Below, in pieces: positions 9,971 through 17,927 of a stretch of DNA of 64,000 nt (positions are counted from its first letter, which is position 1; every line of letters begins with the position of its first letter). This DNA is from Flavobacteriales bacterium UBA852 (GTDB lineage Bacteria > Bacteroidota > Bacteroidia > Flavobacteriales_E > Vicingaceae): the NCBI GenBank assembly GCA_002295925.1, contig DBGO01000010.1, positions 161,706-225,705 of the forward strand, in the 5' to 3' direction. The notes beneath the pieces were generated by a model. It worked only from the letters and a program-made list of their open reading frames with translations. It had not been told where the DNA came from and made no database searches. The position numbers were made by a program, and so were the translations under genes.

Positions 9971-11215
9971 ATGTATTGGAAGAAATTATCGCGCAAAGCC
10001 ATAAAACAAAGAATTGATGAAGCTTTATCTGAAAATGCAAATTACCGCAAAGGCAAAGTAATGGGCGTGCCGGCTTCGTATTTAGATAATGAGTTGTTTT
10101 ATGATGATGCTCCTTTTTTGGAAGATTCGCCCTTTTTAAAAACATTGGTTGCCAACCCAAACCATATTGGCGTGCATACCTTAGGCGAAGAAACCGAAGA
10201 AATTTTTAAAGGCACCCAAAAGATAGAAGCCGAATTGATAGAACTTATCTCCACGCAAATTTTCAAAGCAAAACCCAACAGTACTGACGGATATATTGCT
10301 CCAGGCGGAACAGAAGCCAATATTGAAGCAATTTGGATTTACCGCAATTATTTTATGCAACAATTCGGTGCAAAAAATGATGAAATAGCATTGGTTTACT
10401 CGCAAGACAGTCACTATTCGATGCCCAAAGGCGCCAATCTTTTGTTGTTGGATACTTTTCCGGTTAAAGTTGATGAAGAAACCCGTAATATAAATATTGA
10501 TGATTTTGACAATCAAATACAAAGCGCATTAAACTCAGGAAAAAAATATTTTATTTTCATTTTGAATATGGCAACCACCATGTTTGGCTCAGTAGATGAT
10601 ATCGATGCTGTTTTACCGGTGATAAAAAAACATAATCTGAATTACAAAATTCACGTTGATGCGGCTTTTGGCGGATTCATCTATCCTTTTACCAACACTG
10701 ACAATAAACTCACTTTTGAACGGGAAGAAATCAGCTCATTCACGCTTGACGGGCACAAAATGTTACAAGCTCCTTACGGAACAGGGATTTTCTTAATCAG
10801 GAAAGGCATGATGCAATATTCCATGACTAAAGAAGCGCAATATGTAATGGGCAAAGATTATACTTTGTGTGGCAGTCGCTCGGGAGCCAATGCCATTGTA
10901 GTTTGGATGATATTAATGATTCACGGCTCTAACGGCTGGCAAGCCAAAATGGAACAATTGATTGACAAAAAAGATTGGGTTCTCGAAAAACTGGATAAAC
11001 TCGGGGTAGAATATTATCACAACCCATGTGTAAACATTGTTACGATAAAAAGTAAATACATTTCGCCTTTTTTAATGAAAAAATATTTTCTGGTTCCCGA
11101 TACACACGACAATCAACCCAATTGGCACAAATTTATTGTCATGTCCCATGTATCACAAGGTGTATTGGATGAATTTATTATGGATTTTAAAGCCGAATTG
11201 CAAATGAAACAATAA
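9971..11215 (+). CDS. group II PLP-dependent amino-acid decarboxylase (MfnA/tyrosine-aspartate decarboxylase-like)
   Basis: HVDAAFGG and SFTLDGHKMLQAPYGTG (PLP lysine) motifs; ATG 9971 preferred over the track's TTG 9941 because the -7 box lies inside the extension. Confidence 0.75.
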   Translation: MYWKKLSRKAIKQRIDEALSENANYRKGKVMGVPASYLDNELFYDDAPFLEDSPFLKTLVANPNHIGVHTLGEETEEIFKGTQKIEAELIELISTQIFKAKPNSTDGYIAPGGTEANIEAIWIYRNYFMQQFGAKNDEIALVYSQDSHYSMPKGANLLLLDTFPVKVDEETRNINIDDFDNQIQSALNSGKKYFIFILNMATTMFGSVDDIDAVLPVIKKHNLNYKIHVDAAFGGFIYPFTNTDNKLTFEREEISSFTLDGHKMLQAPYGTGIFLIRKGMMQYSMTKEAQYVMGKDYTLCGSRSGANAIVVWMILMIHGSNGWQAKMEQLIDKKDWVLEKLDKLGVEYYHNPCVNIVTIKSKYISPFLMKKYFLVPDTHDNQPNWHKFIVMSHVSQGVLDEFIMDFKAELQMKQ

Positions 11216-11246
11216 CACCGGACAAGCATTTATTAAAAGATATCAT

Positions 11247-11254
11247 TACTTTTG
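11247..11254 (+). promoter_or_regulatory. candidate -7 box (TActTTTG)
   Basis: Exact TAnnTTTG match 25 nt upstream of the miaE ATG. Confidence 0.45.
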
Positions 11255-11279
11255 TTTTGTTGGATTACAAAAAATTATC

Positions 11280-11870
11280 ATGTTAGGATTAAAATTACCC
11301 ACCGACCCATTTTGGGTTAAAAATGTAGTTGAAAATAATTTGGAAGATGTATTGAGTGACCATGCTTATTGCGAGCAAAAAGCGGCTTCCAATGCCATTT
11401 CCATTATGGTTAATTTTCCTGAGTATCCTGAATTGGCAAAACGAATGGCAGCACTTGCCCGGGAAGAGTTGGAACATTACGAAATGGTGGTTGAAAAAAT
11501 CCAACAAAAAGGGCTTACACTTGGCCGTGAGCGTAAAGATGAATATGTAAATGAAATTCGCAAATTCATAAAACACGACGGTTCTCGAAAAGCCATTTTA
11601 ATAGAACGATTGCTTTTTGCCGCTATGATTGAAGCCCGAAGTTGTGAACGGTTTAAAGTTTTGGCTACACATATCAGCGACAATGAATTGGCTGAATTTT
11701 ACAAAGAACTGATGATTAGCGAAGCCAATCATTATACACTTTTTATAAAATGGGCAAAAGAAATTGCCAAAGACACCAACATTGATGTAGATAAACGTTG
11801 GAAAGAATATTTAGAATACGAAGCAAGCATTATTACACAATACGGTAAAAAACAAGAAATTCACGGTTAA
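11280..11870 (+). CDS. miaE: tRNA-(ms2io6A37)-hydroxylase, ferritin-like di-iron protein
   Basis: Two ExxH di-iron motifs (ELEHYE, SEANHY), HAYCEQKAASNAIS and EARSCERF segments as I remember for the MiaE family. Confidence 0.75.
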   Translation: MLGLKLPTDPFWVKNVVENNLEDVLSDHAYCEQKAASNAISIMVNFPEYPELAKRMAALAREELEHYEMVVEKIQQKGLTLGRERKDEYVNEIRKFIKHDGSRKAILIERLLFAAMIEARSCERFKVLATHISDNELAEFYKELMISEANHYTLFIKWAKEIAKDTNIDVDKRWKEYLEYEASIITQYGKKQEIHG

Positions 11871-11882
11871 AATTTTATTTAG

Positions 11883-14294
11883 ATGAAAATTTCATACAAT
11901 TGGTTAAAAGAATATATAAACACCGATAAATCGCCGCAAGAGATTGCCGAAATCTTGACCAATACCGGTTTGGAAGTTGAAGGATTGGAAGAAATAGAAA
12001 CCATTAAAGGCGGTTTGAAAGGATTGGTTATAGGAAAAGTATTGGAAAAAGAAAAGCATCCCAATGCCGATAAATTAAGTTTAACCAAAGTTGATGTGGG
12101 CGAAGGAAAAGTCCTTCCGATTATATGCGGCGCACCCAATGTAGCTGCCGGACAAACCGTTGTAGTTGCAACCGTAGGCACTATTCTGTATTCCACCGAA
12201 GGTGAACCTTTTAAAATAAAAAAATCTAAAATTCGCGGAGAAGTATCCGAAGGGATGATTTGTGCCGAAGATGAAATTGGCTTAGGAAACAGCCACGATG
12301 GTATAATTGTTATTGATGAAGATGTAAAACCCGGCACACCGGCAAAAGAGTATTTTCAAATAGAATCGGATTGGGTATTCGAAATCGGGTTAACGCCCAA
12401 CCGTTCGGATGCTACTTCGCATTATGGTGTTGCGCGTGATTTAGCCGCATACCTGAACCAATTTTCACCAACCAAAGCGCATAAACCGGATGTCAGCAAA
12501 TTTGCCATTGACAATACCGACTTAACCATACAAGTAGAAGTGGAAAACACTGAAGCTTGTCCGCGCTATTCTGCCATTACCGTTTCAAACATACAAGTAA
12601 AAGAATCGCCAGAATGGTTACAAAACAGACTGCGTTCCATCGGGTTGTCGCCTATCAATAATGTTGTAGATATTACCAACTTTGTTTTACACGAAATAGG
12701 ACAACCGTTACACGCTTTTGATGCTTCTAAAATTAAAGGAAACAAAGTCATTGTTCGCACCCCTGAAAAAGATACTAAATTCATCACCTTAGATGAAAAA
12801 GAACGCCAATTGCACGAAAATGATTTAATGATATGCAACGAATCGGACGAAATGTGTATTGCCGGTGTATTTGGCGGACTTACTTCGGGCGTTTCAAACA
12901 ATACTACTTCTGTTTTTCTTGAATCGGCTTACTTTAATCCGGTTTATATCCGAAAAACAGCAAAACGACACGGCTTAAATACCGATGCCTCTTTCCGTTA
13001 CGAACGGGGTGCCGACCCAAATATTACCATTTATGCGCTTAAGAGAGCAGCATTATTGATTAAAGAAATTGCCGGCGGTGAAATTTCTTCCGAAATTATT
13101 GATGTTTACCCTAATCCCATTGCCGATACTACCATCGATTTTAATCTTTCTTACTTGTATAAAATTGCGGGAACAACAATTCCTGAAGAAACCATTGAAA
13201 AGATTTTGCAAGGATTGGAAATTGTTATCAACTCAAAATCGGGAGATACTTGGAATATTTCTATTCCGGCTTATCGTGTAGATGTAACGCGTCCAATAGA
13301 CTTAGTGGAAGAAATATTACGCATTTACGGATACAACAAAATTGAACTTCCTGAAAAATTAAACACTTCCATCACCTATAAACAATCACCCGACAAAGAT
13401 AAAATACGTAATACCATTGGTGACTTTTTATCTGCCAACGGGTTTTACGAAACACTTACTAATTCCCTGACTAAACGGGATTATTATCCCGAAGATAATC
13501 ATGTGGTAGAAATTTTAAATCCCTTGAGCAGAGAATTGAACGTAATGCGTAAAGAAATGATTTTCACCACTTTGGAAACTATTCTTCACAATATAAACAA
13601 TGGAAATAAAAATGTAAAAGTATATGATTTTGGAAAAGTATATGCCAAATACAATACTTATGAAGAGCAAGAAAAGTTAGCCCTTGCCGTAACCGGAAAA
13701 TGGTTCAACGAAAGCTGGTTAACTCCCGATGACAAATCAACAGTTTTTCATTTAAAAGGAATAACAGAAGCACTGTTTCAAAAGTTAGGATTAAACAAGT
13801 TAAAAGTAAAAACAACAGAAGTTTTCGACAATTATTTGGCAACAGGCATTGAAGTCACTTTCAATAAGCATAAAATAGCCAAAACCGGAATTATACATCC
13901 TCAATTAAACAAACAATTTGATATTGACCAAGAAGTTTTTTATTCCGAAATAAATTTAGATAAACTGTATGAGCTGACCCAATTAACAAAAACAGTTTAT
14001 ACTCCGGTAGTTAAATTCCCTGCCGTTCGTCGGGATTTAGCTTTATTATTGGATAAACCGATAAATTATGCTCAAATTGTAAAAGAAGTAAAGCAGCTTA
14101 ACATACAAGACTTGAAAGAAATAAATTTATTTGATGTTTATGAAGGGAAAAATCTTCCGGAAGGTAAAAAATCTTATGGCATAAGTTTTATTTTTCAGAA
14201 TAAAGAAAAAACCTTAACCGATAAACAAGTAGATATTTTTATGAATAAAATTATAGAGCGATTAACTCAAAAGCTCAAAGCCGAATTAAGATAA
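11883..14294 (+). CDS. pheT: phenylalanine--tRNA ligase beta subunit
   Basis: 803 aa; MKISYNWLKEY start, N-terminal OB tRNA-binding domain (KHPNADKL), B3/4 and B5 regions, C-terminal FDX-ACB domain. Confidence 0.95.
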   Translation: MKISYNWLKEYINTDKSPQEIAEILTNTGLEVEGLEEIETIKGGLKGLVIGKVLEKEKHPNADKLSLTKVDVGEGKVLPIICGAPNVAAGQTVVVATVGTILYSTEGEPFKIKKSKIRGEVSEGMICAEDEIGLGNSHDGIIVIDEDVKPGTPAKEYFQIESDWVFEIGLTPNRSDATSHYGVARDLAAYLNQFSPTKAHKPDVSKFAIDNTDLTIQVEVENTEACPRYSAITVSNIQVKESPEWLQNRLRSIGLSPINNVVDITNFVLHEIGQPLHAFDASKIKGNKVIVRTPEKDTKFITLDEKERQLHENDLMICNESDEMCIAGVFGGLTSGVSNNTTSVFLESAYFNPVYIRKTAKRHGLNTDASFRYERGADPNITIYALKRAALLIKEIAGGEISSEIIDVYPNPIADTTIDFNLSYLYKIAGTTIPEETIEKILQGLEIVINSKSGDTWNISIPAYRVDVTRPIDLVEEILRIYGYNKIELPEKLNTSITYKQSPDKDKIRNTIGDFLSANGFYETLTNSLTKRDYYPEDNHVVEILNPLSRELNVMRKEMIFTTLETILHNINNGNKNVKVYDFGKVYAKYNTYEEQEKLALAVTGKWFNESWLTPDDKSTVFHLKGITEALFQKLGLNKLKVKTTEVFDNYLATGIEVTFNKHKIAKTGIIHPQLNKQFDIDQEVFYSEINLDKLYELTQLTKTVYTPVVKFPAVRRDLALLLDKPINYAQIVKEVKQLNIQDLKEINLFDVYEGKNLPEGKKSYGISFIFQNKEKTLTDKQVDIFMNKIIERLTQKLKAELR

Positions 14295-14312
14295 CAACTA
14301 ACAAATAACACC

Positions 14313-14345
14313 AAAAAAGCTCATCGAAATCGATAAGCTTTTTTA
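14313..14345. terminator. bidirectional rho-independent terminator between convergent pheT and the adhesin gene
   Basis: AAAAAAGCTcATCG-aaat-CGATaAGCTTTTTT: about 9 bp interrupted stem flanked by an A-run and a T-run. Confidence 0.6.
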
Positions 14346-14366
14346 TATTTTAAATTGTATTGGCAT

Positions 14367-16253
14367 TTATCTGACAATCGTAACACTGCCCTTCAATTCA
14401 TACTCTTTTCCATCTATTCCGGTAGCTTTTATTATATAATAATACGTACCGTCAGGAACTTCTTTACCTGAAGACGTTCTTCCGTCCCAGTAACTTTTTT
14501 CATTTTCCAGTTGGAAAATCATTTCGCCCCATCTGTTCCAAATTGTTCCGGTAAGCGATGTTAAATTATCCGACTCAACTCGGAAAACATCATTCACACC
14601 ATCATTATTAGGTGTAAAGATATTTGGCACAACTAATACCGATTCACCAATTACTTCAATTGTAACTGTATCTGTTGCTGTACAGAACCCTTCGGTAACG
14701 GTTAATGTTACCAAATAATTACCTAAAGAATCGTAAGTATGCGAAACCGAGGCACCATTATCAGTTGTTCCGTCTCCCAAATCCCAGTTATAAGTATAAT
14801 TTGGATTTGTAGTCGTAGAAAAATCTACATCAAGCGGAATAATTCCGGATGTTGGCGAAGCATTTATCGATGCTATAGGATTATAAACGGTTACCGTTAC
14901 ACTATCCATTTGATTACTACATCCATTACTCTTTGATTGATAGTAATAAGTAAACACTCCTCCTGATGTAATGGAAGGCGTAAACGAATTTCCGGTAAAA
15001 ATCAAATTATTACCTTGTGCATCACTGTACCAGTATAATGTATCAGTAGTAGATGAGGAATAATTAACAGGCAAACCTGAAAAACATAACGTTGTATCGG
15101 TAAATGATACTTGTTGTGGAACAGGATTCACGGTTACAGTTGTAATAATAATACTGTCACATCCGTTAACTGTTGACAAGGTATCGAAATATGTACCGGC
15201 ATTACTTTGATATCCTCCACCGACTAACACACTATCACCTTGACATATAGCAACATTTGCTTGACTTGTAGCCACAGGATATATTGTTATCTCAAAAGAA
15301 TCTACTTTTTGAGGACATGTGTTTGTAGCTGCAACTGTATTATAAATCATATAAGTACCTGCAGAACTGTTTGTTAAATCAATTTGTCCTGTATTAGGGT
15401 CAAGACTCACATTACTGCTTGATGAACTAAACACACCCGCTGCACTTCCGGGTAAAATGGTCGGCAATATTGTTGTAGTATCGTTTTCACAAAATGGCGA
15501 ATTATAGGTAAACTCAGCATCCGTACAATTGGGAACTATAGTAAGAATCCAAGGTGAAAAAGTGGACTGATTAGGAATAGGACCTACTGTTCCCACTCCG
15601 CTTGTAACACCTAAATTACCTGGGCCTGCTTGAGGATCCCATGAGGTACCATTCCAATGTTGTGCTTTTACCGTATCATTTGGAAAAGCGGTTGTATTTT
15701 CACTTCCCAAATAAGAAAATGTTAAGTCAGCAGTTACAGTATTGGACGAAGTAATATCCCAAAAGCGGTCAATAGCTGCTACCACAGAATCGGCAAATCC
15801 AGTCATTTGTGTTACAGGTCCAACATTTGTTGCTGCAGCATGCGGCATATTTTGTGGATTTGTTCCCCAAGTAGAAATGGTTATGTCATTATTGGTGTTT
15901 ACAGTTTTATTAAAAGTAAAAGGGATATAGTCTGCTGCATTGTTAGATACACCAAAAGGAAAAACATAATTACCCGTATTGGTTCCGGTAACCCATTTCA
16001 CGTAATGGTATTGATTTTCAGTAGCAATATGCCCTGAAACTCTTACTATACCTGCCGTATCCGGTTGATTTACCACCAAATATACAGGTGTTCCTGCAGA
16101 ACCACCATTCATAATAGTATAAGCACCATTTAGAATAAGTGTATTGTTTTGGCCATAACTGTTTAAAAACAGCAGTAAACTAAATACAGGCAATGTTTTA
16201 ATTATTAAATATTTAATATTCATGATAACAAATTTTTTATTGTTATTATTCAT
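14367..16253 (-). CDS. secreted adhesin-like protein with PKD domain and T9SS type-B (gliding-motility-associated) C-terminal sorting domain
   Basis: Signal peptide; PKD motif (PLDVDFSTTT…WDLGDGTT…SHTYDSLGNYLVTLTV); C-terminal VVPNIFTPNNDGVNDVF…WNRWGEMIF…DGTYYY type-B CTD; alternative ATG at 16223. Confidence 0.85.
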   Translation of the reverse strand: MNNNNKKFVIMNIKYLIIKTLPVFSLLLFLNSYGQNNTLILNGAYTIMNGGSAGTPVYLVVNQPDTAGIVRVSGHIATENQYHYVKWVTGTNTGNYVFPFGVSNNAADYIPFTFNKTVNTNNDITISTWGTNPQNMPHAAATNVGPVTQMTGFADSVVAAIDRFWDITSSNTVTADLTFSYLGSENTTAFPNDTVKAQHWNGTSWDPQAGPGNLGVTSGVGTVGPIPNQSTFSPWILTIVPNCTDAEFTYNSPFCENDTTTILPTILPGSAAGVFSSSSSNVSLDPNTGQIDLTNSSAGTYMIYNTVAATNTCPQKVDSFEITIYPVATSQANVAICQGDSVLVGGGYQSNAGTYFDTLSTVNGCDSIIITTVTVNPVPQQVSFTDTTLCFSGLPVNYSSSTTDTLYWYSDAQGNNLIFTGNSFTPSITSGGVFTYYYQSKSNGCSNQMDSVTVTVYNPIASINASPTSGIIPLDVDFSTTTNPNYTYNWDLGDGTTDNGASVSHTYDSLGNYLVTLTVTEGFCTATDTVTIEVIGESVLVVPNIFTPNNDGVNDVFRVESDNLTSLTGTIWNRWGEMIFQLENEKSYWDGRTSSGKEVPDGTYYYIIKATGIDGKEYELKGSVTIVR

Positions 16254-16509
16254 TTTCTTTTTTATCTGTATTAGATAAAAAAGGTAATAACCTTGTTTTT
16301 GAATTCTTATTAATATCAGAAGATTTCTCTGATATTAAAAGTTTTGATTTATTTAAATTCTTATCATTTAAATTATTTTTAGTATCACTTTCTGTTTTTC
16401 CAGAAACAGCTAATTTTGGTTCTTTGGCATCTGTACTTTTTGTTTGCGAATACGAACAAAATGAAACAAAAAGCAAACTAAGGAATGTTATTATTTTAAA
16501 AAACTTCAT
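16246..16509 (-). CDS. small secreted Lys/Ser/Asn-rich protein (87 aa)
   Basis: Signal peptide (…FCSYSQT), low-complexity K/S/N/D-rich body; 12 nt downstream of the collagen-like gene; stop overlaps the next ORF by 8 nt. Confidence 0.5.
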   Translation of the reverse strand: MKFFKIITFLSLLFVSFCSYSQTKSTDAKEPKLAVSGKTESDTKNNLNDKNLNKSKLLISEKSSDINKNSKTRLLPFLSNTDKKENE

Positions 16510-16521
16510 ATTATATTTCTT

Positions 16522-17547
16522 TTATTGCATTACTGTAATAGACATATGATGCCCTGGTTGAGAAGGGTCAATTACAGCATTATAAGTACCATATATTCCA
16601 CCAACTAAACCTTGAACAGTTATTGTATACGTATTACCAACTGTTAATCCTGTCACATATCTCGTCATTGAACAACTCCAAGGTGTAATGGTGCCAGTTA
16701 CATCATCATAACTTTGTATTTTTGTATTTGTACTACCAATGGGCGAACCATTATTTAAAATTCTAAATTGCACAAATGCCATGGAGTTTGTATAGCCATA
16801 CCCTGATGAAGAAAAATTTATAATTGCATCTGAGGTAACGGCAACAAAGGAAACTGAAATTGAAGGTACTGTAGCCCATGATGCACTACTTACTGTTACG
16901 GCACTAGATAAAAAACTTCCTGTTTTCAAAGTAACCCCAGGAGGGCCTTGAGGACCCTGCGGACCCTGTGGGCCTTGTGGACCCTGCGGGCCAGTAGCAC
17001 CTGTTGGTCCTTGTGGGCCTTGCGGACCGGCTGGACCTTGACAATCTAAAGCATCCCAAACACCATCACCATTTATATCTTCAGATGGATCTTGAACTCC
17101 ATCTCCATCTGCATCCCAGCATGCAATTCCGGCTGGACCTTGTGGACCCTGAGGACCTTGCGGACCGGCTGGACCTGTTGGGCCCTGAGGACCTTGTGGG
17201 CCTTGTGGGCCTTGTGGACCCTGAGGACCCTGAGGACCTTGTGGACCTTGTGGACCTAAAGCTTGTACCCATTGTGTACCATCCCAATACCAAAATCCTA
17301 CACTCCCTCCTGTCATGGCAGGATTTATATTGTACACCAACAAACTAACCGCAGGAGAAGGTATTGTTACTACATCTGTTGTAGATTGTAAACTTACTCT
17401 TGGTATTAACACCCCTTTATCTGTATAATTAACATCTAATGCTGCCGAAGGGTCAGGCAAAGCTCCCGTTGTATTAATACCTACATTTTGTGCAGATAAA
17501 ATTGTTATTGCAAATAATAATAGAATAAATAATTGAAATTTTTTCAT
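16522..17547 (-). CDS. secreted collagen-like triple-helix repeat protein, short paralogue (341 aa)
   Basis: Signal peptide; 77-aa N-domain; 14 + 11 GXY triplets (GPQ/GPT/GPA) split by [27 protein letters not shown]; 138-aa C-terminal globular region. Confidence 0.85.
   Translation of the reverse strand: MKKFQLFILLLFAITILSAQNVGINTTGALPDPSAALDVNYTDKGVLIPRVSLQSTTDVVTIPSPAVSLLVYNINPAMTGGSVGFWYWDGTQWVQALGPQGPQGPQGPQGPQGPQGPQGPQGPTGPAGPQGPQGPQGPAGIACWDADGDGVQDPSEDINGDGVWDALDCQGPAGPQGPQGPTGATGPQGPQGPQGPQGPQGPPGVTLKTGSFLSSAVTVSSASWATVPSISVSFVAVTSDAIINFSSSGYGYTNSMAFVQFRILNNGSPIGSTNTKIQSYDDVTGTITPWSCSMTRYVTGLTVGNTYTITVQGLVGGIYGTYNAVIDPSQPGHHMSITVMQ
16939..17256 (-). repeat. 9-bp-periodic collagen (Gly-Pro-X) coding repeats, two blocks (16939-17037, 17131-17256) around a unique 93-nt insert
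   Basis: Read directly: tandem ttgtggacc/ctgaggacc/ggctggacc units on the plus strand (GPQ/GPA on minus). Confidence 0.9.
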
Positions 17548-17559
17548 GTTTTTTTGTTT

Positions 17560-17913
17560 TTAAGGTTTATTTCGCTCTTCACCACCAACTACTGCTTTAC
17601 TTTTACTTATACTATTATTATCTGTATTTACTTGACGCATTTTATACTCTTGCTTCATTTTTTCAATCTCTTCTTTACTAACAACTCTAGTTCGAGTTGG
17701 TGTACTAACAGTCTTATCTTCATTTATAACACTTGTTTCACTATTATCAAAATACTGGATACTTTCTTTAATTTTTTTAATTTCAGATTTTTTAAGCACT
17801 CGAGTATGCGTAGGTGTTCTTATAATAGAATCTTCATTATTTACAACCTGTTCTTGTCCATATATAACCTGAAAACCAAAAAATATTAACATTATTACTA
17901 ATACGTTTTTCAT
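17560..17913 (-). CDS. small secreted Lys/Glu-rich protein with an internal duplication (117 aa)
   Basis: Signal peptide (…VIYGQEQ); two copies of TPT[HR]TRV..K.EI.K.K; gaps of 14 and 12 nt to the flanking collagen-like genes. Confidence 0.5.
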   Translation of the reverse strand: MKNVLVIMLIFFGFQVIYGQEQVVNNEDSIIRTPTHTRVLKKSEIKKIKESIQYFDNSETSVINEDKTVSTPTRTRVVSKEEIEKMKQEYKMRQVNTDNNSISKSKAVVGGEERNKP

Positions 17914-17927
17914 AACATTACATTTAA

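Noticed and set aside
11879-12337. 152-aa ORF antisense to the 5' part of pheT
   Set aside because: Low-complexity Ser/Pro/Ile-rich translation, fully overlapped by a strongly supported conserved gene on the other strand.
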